From the NCBI GenBank assembly GCA_024679065.1, contig JAGIQG010000009.1, positions 95,604,001-95,668,000 on the forward strand: a DNA stretch of 64,000 nucleotides, read 5' to 3'. Positions 25,022 to 37,080 of this stretch are shown here, piece after piece. This stretch comes from Sphyrna mokarran. Its lineage: Eukaryota. Position 1 is the first letter of the stretch. Each line of letters begins with the position of its first letter. The position numbers were made by a program, and so were the translations under genes. The notes under the pieces are model-generated. The model had not been told where the DNA came from and ran no database searches. It was given only the letters and a program-made list of their open reading frames with translations.

Positions 25022-26560
25022 TGTCTCACAACACCAGGTTTAAGTCCAAGCAGTTTACTTGATAGTAACCCCACAAGCTTTTGGAAACAGTATTCCTTCG
25101 TTAAGTGTGTGGAAGTTTCGGATCAGAGAAGGTCATATGAAGACATACAGAATACTGATTAGAATGCAAGTCTTCGCAGCTAATGTGTTTTTCAAGGCTT
25201 AAAGATGCAGACAATTTGAGTGGGGGTAGCATTAGCATAGGTTAAAAAAGATGTGTATTGTCTCCAGACAGGACAGTAAGTGAGTTTTTACAAGTCCAGT
25301 AATGGGGTATCTGCGGTATCTCCGGTATCTGGGGTTTATGTCACACTACAGATAGTGTGACATAAACCCCAGATACCGGTTGAGGCCGTCCTCATGTGTG
25401 CAGAATTTGGCTAACAGTCTTTGCAGCGTCGAATGTCGTGAAGGCCGCCTTGGAGAACGCTTACCTGAAGATCAGAGGCCGAATGCCCTTAACCGTGAAG
25501 AGGAAAGATCCAATTGGACTCCTCCAGAAGGTCGCTGCCCTCAACCGGACATGTATGCCCAAGCCATCAGGAGGTGCATCAACACCAGATTCACCAACCG
25601 CACTCTCAAGACAGCCCAGAACATCACCCAAGCACAACGCAATGCCATCCACGCTCTCAAGACCAACAGCAACATTATCATCAAACCAGCACACAAAGGA
25701 GGGGCCTTCGTCATCCTGAACAGAATGGATTACTGCAAAGAAGTGTACTGACAACTGAACAATGGGGAACACTACAGACAGTTATTCATAGATCTGACCA
25801 AAGAACACACCCATCAACTCAACAGTCTGATCAAGACTTTTGATCCGGACCTTCAGAGTACCCTCCGTGTTCTCATCCCGCATATTCCCCACATGGGAGA
25901 TCTCAACTGTTTCCCAAAGGTAGACAAGGCAAACACACCCGGCTGTCCCGTTGTATCAAGCAATGGGATCCTGTGCAAGAACCTCTCTGGCTATGTCCAG
26001 GGCATCCTGAAACCCATTGTATAAAGAACCCCGGCTTTTGTCGCAACACTACAGATTTCCTACAGAAACTCAGCACACATGGAGCCGTTGAACCAGGGAC
26101 ACTCCTCGTCACAATGGATGTCTCGGCACTCTACACCAACATCCCCCACGACGATGCCTTTGCTGCAACTGCTTCAGTACTCAACACCGACAACTGCCAG
26201 TTTCCAGATGCAATTTTACAACTTATCGGCTTTATCCTAGACCATAATATCTTCACCTTCAACAACCAATTTTTCATCCACACATACGGAACAGCCATGG
26301 GGAACAAATTCACATTGTCTGCATATTTAAGACTTGAATAGCAGGTTAGCTGCAAAGACACACATTCTAATCAGTATTCTGTAAACTGTGTGCCTTTATT
26401 TATGCCCTTCTCTGATCAGAACCCTGCACATACCTGACGAAGGAACACCATTTCCAAAAGCTTGTGAGTTTACTATCAAATAAACTGGTTGGACTTAAAC
26501 CTGATGTTGTCAGATTTCTTACTGTATTTACATCAGTACAACGCTGGCATCTCTACATCA
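25022..26560. mobile_element. Penelope-like element (RT fragment, inverted ends), specific to gene B
   Basis: IIIKPAHKGG, LVTMDVSALYTNIP and GTAMG motifs; pLTR-type ends. Confidence 0.82.
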
Positions 26561-26784
26561 TTACTGCAGTATCCCAGGATACACTGGGTCCTTTCAGGCT
26601 GTAATATCCCAGATACACTGGGCCCCACCATACTGTAATATCCCAGAACAGCCCAGGTCCAGACTTACTCTAATGTCCAATGGTACACCAGGCTCTGTGC
26701 TACTGTGAAACTCCATGATACACCATATCATGTTGTACTAGAATATCCCCAGGATACACCAGGCTCTGTTATACTATAATGTGA

Positions 26785-27780
26785 TGTAGCGATGCTGGCG
26801 TTGGACCGGGGTAAACATAGTAAGAAGTCTCACAACACCAGGTTAAAGTCCAACAAGTTTATTTGATAATAAACCCACTAGCTTTCGGAGTTTACAGGTG
26901 AATGGATAGTTCAGGTCACAATCAGAGCATATAAAGGCACACGCACAGTTTACAAAATACTGATTAGAATGCGAATCTTTACAGCTAATCAATACTTAAA
27001 CATACAGGTAATGTGAGTGGAAATAGCATTAAGCACAGGTGAAAGAGATGTGTATTGTCTCCAGATAGGAAAGTAAGTGAGATGTTGCAAGCCCAGGCAA
27101 GTCATGGGGGTAACAAATAGTGTGACATGAACCCAAGATCCTGGTTGAGGCCATCTTCATGTGTGTGGAAGTTAGCTCTCAGTCTCTGCTCAGCATCGAG
27201 TTACAAGGTATGTGCCATGTACCTGGTGGACGGTGTTAGCTTGTGAGATGATGGCATCCGTGTCGATGATCCGGCATGTCTTGCAGAGGTTGCTATGCCA
27301 GGGTTGTGTGGTATCAACGGATGAATGAACACCGCTCGACAACGAGCACTTCAGCGGTCACCACATTTGGTCTCTGATCTTTGGGTAAACATTGTCCAAG
27401 GTGGCCATCACAACATATCACAGCGTAGAATCGCTGAGCAGAGACGGATAGCCAAATTCAGACAGTCTCAACCGAGATCTTGGGTTCGTCACACTATTTG
27501 TAACCCTCGTGACTTGCCTGAGTTTGCAACATCTCACTAATTATTCTGTCTGGAGACAATACACATCTCTTTAACCTTAATGCTTTCTCCATTCACATTG
27601 CCTGTACGTTTAAGAATCGATTAACTGTAAAGACTCACATTCTAATCAGTATTCTGTGTGCCTTTATATGCTCTGTCTGTGACCAGAACTCTCCACTCAC
27701 CTGATGAAGGGGCCAAACCCGAATGCTAGTGGGTTATGATCAAATAAACTTGTTGGACTTTAACCTGGTATTGTGAGACC
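26785..27780. mobile_element. Penelope-like inverted fragments
   Basis: Paralogous to 3728-5018. Confidence 0.75.
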
Positions 27781-28630
27781 TCTATACTGTAATATCCCAG
27801 GATACACAAAGACCTGGTTTTATTGTAATGTCCCAGGATGCACAAAGACAATTCATACTGTTAATGTCCCAGGAGATACCAGGCCCTGTTATACTATTAA
27901 CATCCCAGGATACACCAAGCCCTGTTATACAATAATATCCCAGGATAACCTGTCGTACTGTAATATCTCAGAACACACAAACACCAGTCATACTTCAATA
28001 TCCCAGGATTCTCTGGGCTCGTCATATCGTAATCCCAGGAAACACTGCTACCCGTTTCACAATAATATCCCAAAATACAGAGTCTTGTCATACTCTAACA
28101 TCCTGAGTAAACGAGGCCCTTGTGTGCAGTCACATCCAAGGATACACTTGGTCTTATCCCTACTGTACTATCCCAGGATACACTGGGTTCTGACCAACTA
28201 AAGGATCTCATGACAGCGCCCTGTCCCACTGTAATGTCCCATAACATTACAGTGGGACATTAAATGTGGGACATTAAATGGGTCCTGTATTGCAGTTATT
28301 TCCCAGCATGTACTGGGCCCTGTTATGCTGTAATATCCCAAGGTAAAGAGGCCTTATCCATCCTGTAATATCGCACAACACACTGGATCCTGTTGCACTG
28401 TAATACAGCAGGATACAGTGGGGTATGTTTCAGATCAAATCCAAGGACACACATTTTCTTCCCTCTAATGGTGGTGCCATGTTAGATAACACATTGAAGA
28501 ATAATATTTATTTCCCTCTCTCTATATCCTGGGCCTCAGGCTGTCCTGGGCTGACAGTTCAGCACTGACCCTCCCTCCTGTGATCCTGCTCTGAGGCTGG
28601 GTGCTCTCTAACAGTGAGAAACAGTCTTAC

Positions 28631-28894
28631 CGTAAATCACCACCACTGTCTCCTTCATCCCGCTGTGTTCCACCCGACAGGAATACTCGGCCTGGTCCTC
28701 TGGATCAAACTCGATCCACTTCCGGATCTGGTAGGTGCTGTCGTGATTGGGTAAGATCCCAGTGGACAGAGTCTCACCAATCACCACTCCATCTCTGCAC
28801 AGATTCACCTCGATGGCTTGAGGGTAAAAGCCGGTGACGGCACAGGACAGTCGGTTAGAAACACCCAGACGGGTAAAGGACACCACGGGAGCAA
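28631..28894 (-). pseudogene. Gene B alpha3 exon
   Basis: Near-identical to gene A and C alpha3; 264 nt with AG/GT ends. Confidence 0.92.
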
Positions 28895-29188
28895 CTGAGA
28901 GAGAAAGAAAGAGGAGTCAGTACAGGAACCTCGAGATACAGCATCACCTCCTTCACCGACTCTCACTCCCCCCCTCACTCACCGACTCTCACTCCCCTCA
29001 CTCACCGACTCTCGCTCCCCCCCCTCACTCACCAACTCTCCTCCCCCCCTCACTCACCGACTCTCACTCCCCCCCTCACTCCCGACTCTCACTCCCCCCC
29101 TCACTCACCGACTCTCACTCCCCCTACTCACTCCACCGACTCTCACTACCCCCCTCACTCACCGACTCTCACTCCCCCCCTCACTCAC

Positions 29189-29461
29189 CGACTCTCAATT
29201 CTCTCAATCCGTACTCCAGGTATTTTCTCAGCCACTCGATACACTCCACCTCCAGGTAATGTTTCCATTGTTGATTATTGCCCGTCTGCCAGTCCCGTCT
29301 GTTTTTGATGATCTCCCCCCAGGGCACTGGAGTCACCCATACCATGTGATCCTTGTTGAAGCTGATCAAATCACGTCCGTCCCACCCGTACTGGTTGAAT
29401 CCCCTCGAAGTCCCATCATCCCACAGGTCACAGCCAGTCATCATCTGGTAGACATGGATCC
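29189..29461 (-). pseudogene. Gene B alpha2 exon
   Basis: GIHVYQMMTGCDLWDDG...HYLEVECIEWLRKYLEYGLRELRV; 273 nt, open. Confidence 0.92.
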
Positions 29462-29484
29462 CTGTGGAAGAGAAACACAAACAG

Positions 29485-30920
29485 GTATAGTGCCAGAAGA
29501 CTGGAGGATGGCAAATGTTGTCCCTTTGTTCAAAAAGGGGAGTAGGGACCATCCTGGAAATTATAGACCGGTGAGCCTGACTTCTGTTGTGGGCAAGTCT
29601 TGGAAAGAATTATAAGGGATAGGATTTATAAGCATCTAGAGAGAAATAAATTGATTAGGGATAGTCAGCACTGTTTTGTGAAGGGTAGGTCGTGCCTCAC
29701 AAACCTTATTGAGTTTTTTGAGGAGGTGACCAAAGAGGTAGATAAGGGTAAGGCAGTTGATGTTGTGTATATGGATTTTAGCAAAGCGTTTGATAAGGTT
29801 CCCCATGGTAGGCTACTACAGAAAGTGCAGATGCATGGGATTGAAGGTGATTTAGCAGTTTGGATTAGGAATTGGTTAGCTGATAGAAGACAGAGGGTGG
29901 TGGTTGATGGGAAATATTCAACCTGGAGTGCAGTTACAAGTGGTGTACCTCAAGGATCTGTTTTGGGGCCACTGCTGTTTGTCATTTTTATAAATGACCT
30001 AGATGAGGGTGTAGAGGGTTGGATTAGTAAATTTGCTGACGATACCAAAGTGGGGGGAGTTGTAGACAGCGAGGATGGATGTTACAGTTTGCAGAGGGAC
30101 ATAGATAGGTTGCAGAGCTGGGCCGTGAGGTGGCAAATGGAATTCAATACGGATAAGTGTGAGGTGATTCACTTTGGTAGGAATAACAGGCATATGAAAT
30201 ATAGGGCTAATGGAAGGACCCTTAATAGTGTTGTCGAGCAGAGGGATCTTGGGGTACAAGTACATAGCTCTTTGAAAGTTGGCACCCAGGTTGATAAAGT
30301 TGTTAAGAAGGCGTACGGTGTGTTAGCTTTTATTGGTAGAGGGATTGAATTTAGGAGCCGTGAGGTTATGTTACAACTGTACAAAACTCTGGTGCGGCCG
30401 CACTTGGAGTATTGCGTACAGTTCTGGTCGCCGCATTATAAGAAAGATGTGGACGCATTGGAAAGGGTGCAGAGGAGGTTTACCAGGATGTTGCCTGGTA
30501 TGGTGGGAAGGCCTTATGAGGAAAGGCTGAGGGACCTGAGGTTATTTTCATTAGAGAGAAGAAGGTTACGCGGTGACCTAATTGAGGCGTTTAAGATGAT
30601 CAAGGGATTGGATAGGGGGGATAGTGAGAGCCTTTTTCCTCGGATGGTGATGACCAACACGAGGGGACATAACTTTAAATTAAGAGGTGGTAGTTATAGG
30701 ACGGATGTCAGAGGCAGGTTCTTTACACAGAGGGTGATGAGAGCGTGGAATGCCCTGCCTGCAGCAGTTGTGGACTCGCCTACTTTGGGGACATTCAAAT
30801 GTTCGGTGGATAGGCATATGGATGATATTGGAATAGTTTAGGTTAGAGGGTCCACTGGCCGGCGCAACATCGAGGGCCGAAGGGCCTGTACTGCGCTGTA
30901 ATGTTCTATGTTCTATGTTC
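29485..30920 (+). mobile_element. Young 5'-truncated CR1 LINE in gene B intron 2
   Basis: 413-aa RT ORF at 29600-30841; (TTCTATG)n tail; target-site duplication CAAACAG (29478-29484 and 30920-30926). Confidence 0.95.
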
Positions 30921-31218
30921 AAACAGCCAATCAGAGACAGTCCCAATGCATGATCCCACTTGCAAAACCAATCAGAAATAGTCTCACTGTGTGATGTCAT
31001 CCTACAACAATCAACATCAACTCTGCCCCCGCAACCAAAAACCACTCACACAGCCAATCAGAGCCAGCCTCAATCCCTCCACACATTCACAGCCAATCAC
31101 ATTTCCTGTCACATCTCCAATCGCAGCCAATCAGCCTCTGGTTCCAGGTTCCTGATCCACTCTGGGTTTCTCCTCATTCCCGCCTGGATCCCCGGGTGCT
31201 GCGAGAGTGAGCGCTCAC

Positions 31219-31386
31219 CTCCTGTCTGGTTGCTGCGGGACATGAAGAGCGGAATATCAGCTTTAAAATGTATCTCCTGCTCCTGTGCGAGGAACTTCTT
31301 CCTCGCCCAGGCTGCCGGACCCTCGCTCTCCACCATCCACTGCTCCCGGGGGATGAGCTCCACCCGATCACTGTCGTACACAACAA
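31219..31386 (-). pseudogene. Gene B truncated alpha1 exon (3' portion only)
   Basis: VYDSDRVELIPREQWMVESEGPAAWARKKFLAQEQEIHFKADIPLFMSRSNQTG|gt; homology stops at ~31386 against an inverted CR1 fragment. Confidence 0.9.
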
Positions 31387-31989
31387 TCTCCCTACCAATA
31401 AAAGCTAAGACTCTGTATGCCTTCTTAACAACCTTATCGACTTGATTGCCAAATTCTTTCAGGTAGAATCATAGAATCTCTGCATTGCAGAAAGAGATCG
31501 TTCAGCCCATCGATTCTCCAACAGAGCATCTTATCCAATCCCTGTACCAATAACCCCAATATTTACATTGCTAATTCCCCAAACTAATACATCTTGGGAG
31601 GGACATTAAAGGGCAATTTAGCATGGCCAATCCTAACCTGTGGGAGGAATCTGGTTCTCCCAGCCAAAATCCACATGGACATGGGGAGAATTTGCAAAGT
31701 CCACAAGACACCCTTGGCTAGAGTTGAACCTTGTCCCTAGCACTGTGGGAGCAGCAATGTTAACCACTGTGCCAAAGTGCCCACCATTCAATATGCAATC
31801 AGAAAAGCTAATGATATCTCGATGTTGCAAAGGGATTGGAGAGCAGAATAAAGAATTCTTATCACAAGTGTAAAGATCATTACTAACACCACACCTGCAA
31901 TTCTGTGTAGATGTTTTCCAGGCAGATGCACAGAGGATGTTTCCTTCTCTGAATCTCAGAAGGATCAGGACTTTTTTAATGAGGAAAAA

Positions 31990-34410
31990 TTGAGCAGGTT
32001 GGGATTTATTTATTGGAGTTTAGACAACTGAGAGGTTATCTCACAGAAACATTAGATTCTGATAGGGCTTGATAAGGTCGACACTGAAAGATTCTATCTG
32101 TTTGTGAGCAATAAAACATGGGAGCAAAGCCTCAGGGTAAGAGGTGAATCAGTTAACATGAGGAGAAATTTCTTCACTGAAAGGATTGTGGATCTTTGCC
32201 ATTCTCTATCCCAGAGTATTGTCGATGCATTATTATTGAAGATACTGAAGATATGATGTCGAGATTCCAGTGTTGGACTGGGGTAAAATAGAAAGAAATC
32301 CCACAACACCAGTTTAAAGTCCAAACAGGTTTATTTGTAGCAAAAGCCTCAAGTTTTTGGGACAGCCTGTCCCTTCGTCACGTGGCTGGGAGTTCTACAG
32401 AAACCTGTTTGGACTTTAAACTGGGATTTCTTTCTATATTGAAGATAGACTGATTTGTGATATTCAGTGAATGGAGGTTAACAGAGAGTAGGAGTGAAAA
32501 TGAAGATGAGGTAGAAAATCAGCTATGATTGTATTGAATGATGGGACAGGTTCAAGAAGATGAAGGGATTATTCCTTCTGTTATCTCTTATGTTCTTTAC
32601 TGACTGAGAATTAATATCTAACCCTGGAACTTCCAACTCACAACTCACCATCCACAGAAATCACTGCACACAGAGGGACCAGCACTATCAGTACCTGTGT
32701 GATATTATCCCTCTCAGTGTCTGAGCTGTGTCCTGTACTGATACTGTCCCTGTCAGTGTGTGTGAGCTGTGTCCTGTACTGATACTGTCCCTCTCAGTGT
32801 GTGAGCTGTGTCCTGTACTGATACTGTCCCTCTCAGTGTGTGAGCTGTGTCCTGTATCGATACTGTCCCTCTCAGTGTGTGAGCTGTGTCCTGTACTGAT
32901 ACTGTCCCTGTCAGTGTGTATGAGCTGTGTCCTGTACTGATACTGTCCCTGTCAGTGTCTGTGAGCTGTGTCCTGTACTGATACTGTCCCTGTCAGTGTG
33001 TGAGCTGTGTCCTGTACTGATACTGTCCCTCTCAGTGTGTGAACTGTGTACTGTATTGATACTGTCCCTCTCAGTGTGTGAGCTGTGTCCTGTATTGATA
33101 CTGTCCCTCTCAGTGTGTGAACTGTGTCCTGTATTGATACTGTCTCTCCCAGTATATGAGCTCTGTGCTGTACTTGATTTGAAAAAGTGAATGGCTGATC
33201 AGAGTTAAGTTGAAAGATAAAATGGTGCATAAAGAAACAGTATGTGGAGGTTGGATGCTTGGATCAGAGTAGGGAAATTGGAATGATTGGGAGAAAGTCA
33301 ACAGGAAGAAACAAATAGTGAGAGATCATGGAGATGTGAGACCAGAGATTAGATTATTGAATCACGATGAAGAAATGGATCTCGCTGTTTTTCAGGAATG
33401 GGCTGTTGATGTCTGGTTGGTGGAATATCAGAAGCAGGTTCGAAAAAAGAAATTAAACACTGTCGCTGCAAGAGTGGATCAGAGGCTGGGAATTTGGTGG
33501 AGAGAAACTCAGCTCCTGGACAAAATGCTATTTTGGAAATCGGTGCAGACTCGAGGGGCCGAATGTCCTCCTTCCGCACTGCAAGGATTCTATGGTTGAG
33601 TTTATTCAGACAACAACTGAAAAGAGAGGGAGAGGGGAGGGGGAAGTTGTTGATGTTCTGTGAATTCCGTGTTGAAGTTGGAAAATTCTGGGTGAACTGA
33701 GGCGGTTTGATGCTGTTGTCCGGATTGTAACCGCGGGGAGACAGACCTGGGGCAATGCCATTGAGATGATGGAAAATGAGCTGCCGGATTGACTGTTGTC
33801 GGAAAGAGAGAAAGTTAAAATAAATTTCAAATCGAAACCGGGACTGAAGCCGATCCTCGGCTTCCGGGTGGGAGAAAATAAACAGGAAAATTGCAGTGAA
33901 ATAGAAATTAGAGTGAGTGCAAGGAATTTCAGATTGTGTCCCCAGAATTGAGAAAATAAAACAAGTTTTACTTTTTAAGTTGAAGAAGTTTGTAGAAGTT
34001 TTGGAATTGAAACACACTGTTAGAAACTCCGCCCTCTGTTGTTTCAATGGAACAATCTTCAATGTTTCCTTTTCTGTTATTTGTGAAACGCGGTTTTCCC
34101 TTCATTTCAATAACAGACATTAGTGAAGAAAGAAAATGTGATGGAATTTATTTTATCCCCTTTTAAAAGGCACATTTTTAATGTTGAAAAGATCCAAGAG
34201 TGAAACTTGAAGTGATGTGAGAAAGAATTGTGTGTCCAGATGTGTGTGTGTAAATGTCCTGTTAGTGAATGAGGAAAGGCTGTGTGAATGCTCTGCATTG
34301 CTGTTCCTTCAGACCGGCTCCAATTCTGATGTGTTTTCCTGAAAATGGTGAGGTCTAAAGGAGGAGAACAGTTTAAAAATTTTGAAACTGAAAACTTGTT
34401 ACCGCTACAA
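31990..34410. repeat. Segmental duplication paralogous to ~59540-62065
   Basis: Near-identical unique sequence, 33170-34410 versus 60820-62065. Confidence 0.9.
32705..33165. repeat. 39-bp satellite
   Basis: Unit GTGTGTGAGCTGTGTCCTGTACTGATACTGTCCCTCTCA. Confidence 0.95.
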
Positions 34411-34994
34411 TGAAACTCTATTGAAACGGGTGAAACATGTGGATTTCTAATTCAGATACAAATCCACATCTGTCAGAGTGGAGTCGTTTCTTCAATTTTG
34501 ACGGTGTAATTTCGAACTGAGGAACTGAATTTAAGATGATTGTTGGTGGATTATTCTTGTGTTTAAAATCTTCATTAAAAATCACCCTGGGGAATAATTG
34601 GGATTTTGTCTTCTCATCTATTTTGCTCCAGGGTTTTTATTTAGAAATAGCCAGTTTGAATTGGTGAATCCACAAGACTTGAAGAAATATCTTTGTTCTG
34701 CAGAGACCGCCATTATTCTGAGAACATTGTAACCCAGTCTCTATTTGAAATTGCAGTGACAGTGAATTCCTTCACCAAACATGTTTTGATTTGGAATTAA
34801 ACCCTTCAGCTCCGAGTAGAATAAGCCTTGTGCGTTGGTTTTATGAAAACACACCCCTGCACAGGAGACAATTGTGTCCAATACTGCAAAGTGTAACAAT
34901 ATTTCCAACAACTATAAGTATTTGGAAACTTATCTGCAGATACCAGTTTGATACAAAGGATCCGATATTTTAAAAATGTTTATTATTTCCTGAG

Positions 34995-36160
34995 ACTGGA
35001 TCCATCACACTTTCCGTACTGCCCCAACAGGTCCACAGCAGACGCCATCAACCTGGCCCTGCATTCAATCCTGGAACACCTACGTAACAAATACACTTCC
35101 ATCAGACTCCTATTTATTGACAATAGCTCAGCCTTCAACACCATTATTCCTACGAAACTCATCTCCAAACTCCATGGGCCTCAGTTCCTCCCTCTGCAAC
35201 TTGATCTCGAACTTCCAAAGCCACAGACCACGATCAGTAAGGATAAGCAACAATATCTTCCACAATCAGCCTCAAAACCAGTGCCCCACAAGGCTGCGTT
35301 CTTAGCCCCCTTCCCCTCCAACTCGATTTTCAAGTTTGCTAACATCTTAGTGGGTCAGATCTCAAACAATAATGAGACAGAGTACAGGAATGAGATGGAG
35401 AATCTGGTGAACTGGTGCAGCAACAATAATCGCTCCCTCAATGTCAACAAAATGAAGGAGATTGTCATTGACTTCAGGAAGCTTAAAGGAGAACACGCCC
35501 CAGTCTGCATCAATGGGGACAAAGTAAAAAAAGGGTTGAGAGCTTCAGGTTTTTAGATATCCAGGTCACCAACAACCTGTCTTGATCCCTCCATGCCAAT
35601 ATTATCGTTAAGAAAGCTCAACATCATCTCTGCTTTCTCAGAGGTCTAAGGAATTTTGGCATGTTAGCTGTAAATCTCACCAACTTTTACAAATACACCA
35701 TAGAAAGCATTCTTTCTGCCTGTACCACAGCTTGGTATGGCTCCTGCCCTGTCCGAAACAGCAGAAGTGAATGCAGCCCAATCCATTACGCAAACCAACT
35801 TCCCATCCGTTGATTTTGTCTATACTTCCTGCTGTCTAAACAAAGCAGCCGGCATAATTAAGGATCTCATACACCTCGGACATTCTCTCTTCCACCTTCA
35901 TCCATTGGGAAAAAGATACAAAAGTCAGGGGTCATGCATCAACTAACAGAAGAACAGCTTCTTTCCTGCTGCCATCAGGCTTTTGAATGGACCTATCTTG
36001 CACTAAGTTGATCTTTCTCTATGCCCTAATTCTGACTGTAACAAGACATTCTGCATTCTTGTTTTCTTCACTACAAACTGTTTGCTTTGTATAGTGCACA
36101 ATAAACAATACCTTGCATTTTATGCAAATACAAGTGACAATAATAAATCAAATCAAATCA
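34995..36160 (+). mobile_element. Rex1/Babar-like LINE, degenerate 3' half
   Basis: [34 protein letters not shown] and [16 protein letters not shown]; (AAATC)n tail. Confidence 0.8.
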
Positions 36161-36409
36161 GAGTGTTTGGGAATGTGAGACCTGACATAAATACACTAAC
36201 CAATGATTAGCAGAAAGAGCAGAAGAAATATATATGAATTTAAACTTTAAATACTCAAGAAGAAATTCTCTGAGAATTAAAATACATTTTAGCTCCTTTC
36301 TCTAAATGTGAATAAACTACACACAGGGCTATCTGAATTTGAGATAGATTTGAAGAATATTTAGTCATCTGCTTACATAATAATGTAGGTAAAATAATAC
36401 ATCGAAGAT

Positions 36410-37080
36410 TGTCAGTGAGTCAAAATATAGTGGTTTTTATTCGCAAGCTGTGGGGAGAAACTGGTTCCGATTAAGGCTTACCAGACTTCTCATAGAACAT
36501 AAACACAAGTGGGTATTTATACATTATGAACTCCAGCAGGAATCACAATTCAAAGTTCCAATTCCTGCCACACCTCTGGGTCTTCCTTCCTGGGTCATGG
36601 TGCAGCCCCAGAGTTAATCAGGAATTACAGTCCTGTAGTCAGGACACAGGAACCCCTTCTGCAGCAGTACTGGCAGCCCTGTCTTTGAAGTTACTTGTGT
36701 GATCGTGGTTGTCCCAGCAGGACTCTTCCTGTTAAAAGCCAGTATCGTGATCTGTCACCAGCAGCTGTTAAAAGCCAGTATCGTAAACTACCATTTCTGT
36801 AACAATGTCCCACTAATACAAATAGGTAAGATTTGCAAAGTCTACAAAACAACAGTCACATTTAACTATCAGCTGTTATAAAAACAAGAATTAAAGTATG
36901 TGAAACATGAACAAATAACTTATTATGATTGCCAGGAACAGTATAAGCAGTATAAGCTTGAGAAGATCAGTCATGATAAAGTGTTATGTTTGTGACATAT
37001 TCTAGGTATAAAATCCATTAACCCTTTTCCCTTCAGGTACAAAAATACATTCAGCTTTTCCCTACTTCACTCCCCCTTTT
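36410..37080 (-). mobile_element. Putative 3' LTR with polypurine tract (LTR retroelement/ERV remnant)
   Basis: Minus strand AAAAGGGGGAG|TGAAG...AATAAA...TGACA; absent from the paralogous flank at 62060-62560. Confidence 0.55.

Larger units (their letters stand above)
19706..31386 (-). pseudogene. MHC class I pseudogene (gene B)
   Basis: Leader, promoter and 5' part of alpha1 are missing. CR1 sits in intron 2. Exon 6 has lost both splice sites. Exon 7 has a TAA and is split by a CR1. Alpha2, alpha3 and TM exons remain open. Confidence 0.9.

Noticed and set aside
33349-34062. 237-aa minus-strand ORF
   Set aside because: No recognisable domain, and the frame is broken by indels in the near-identical paralogue at ~61000-61720.
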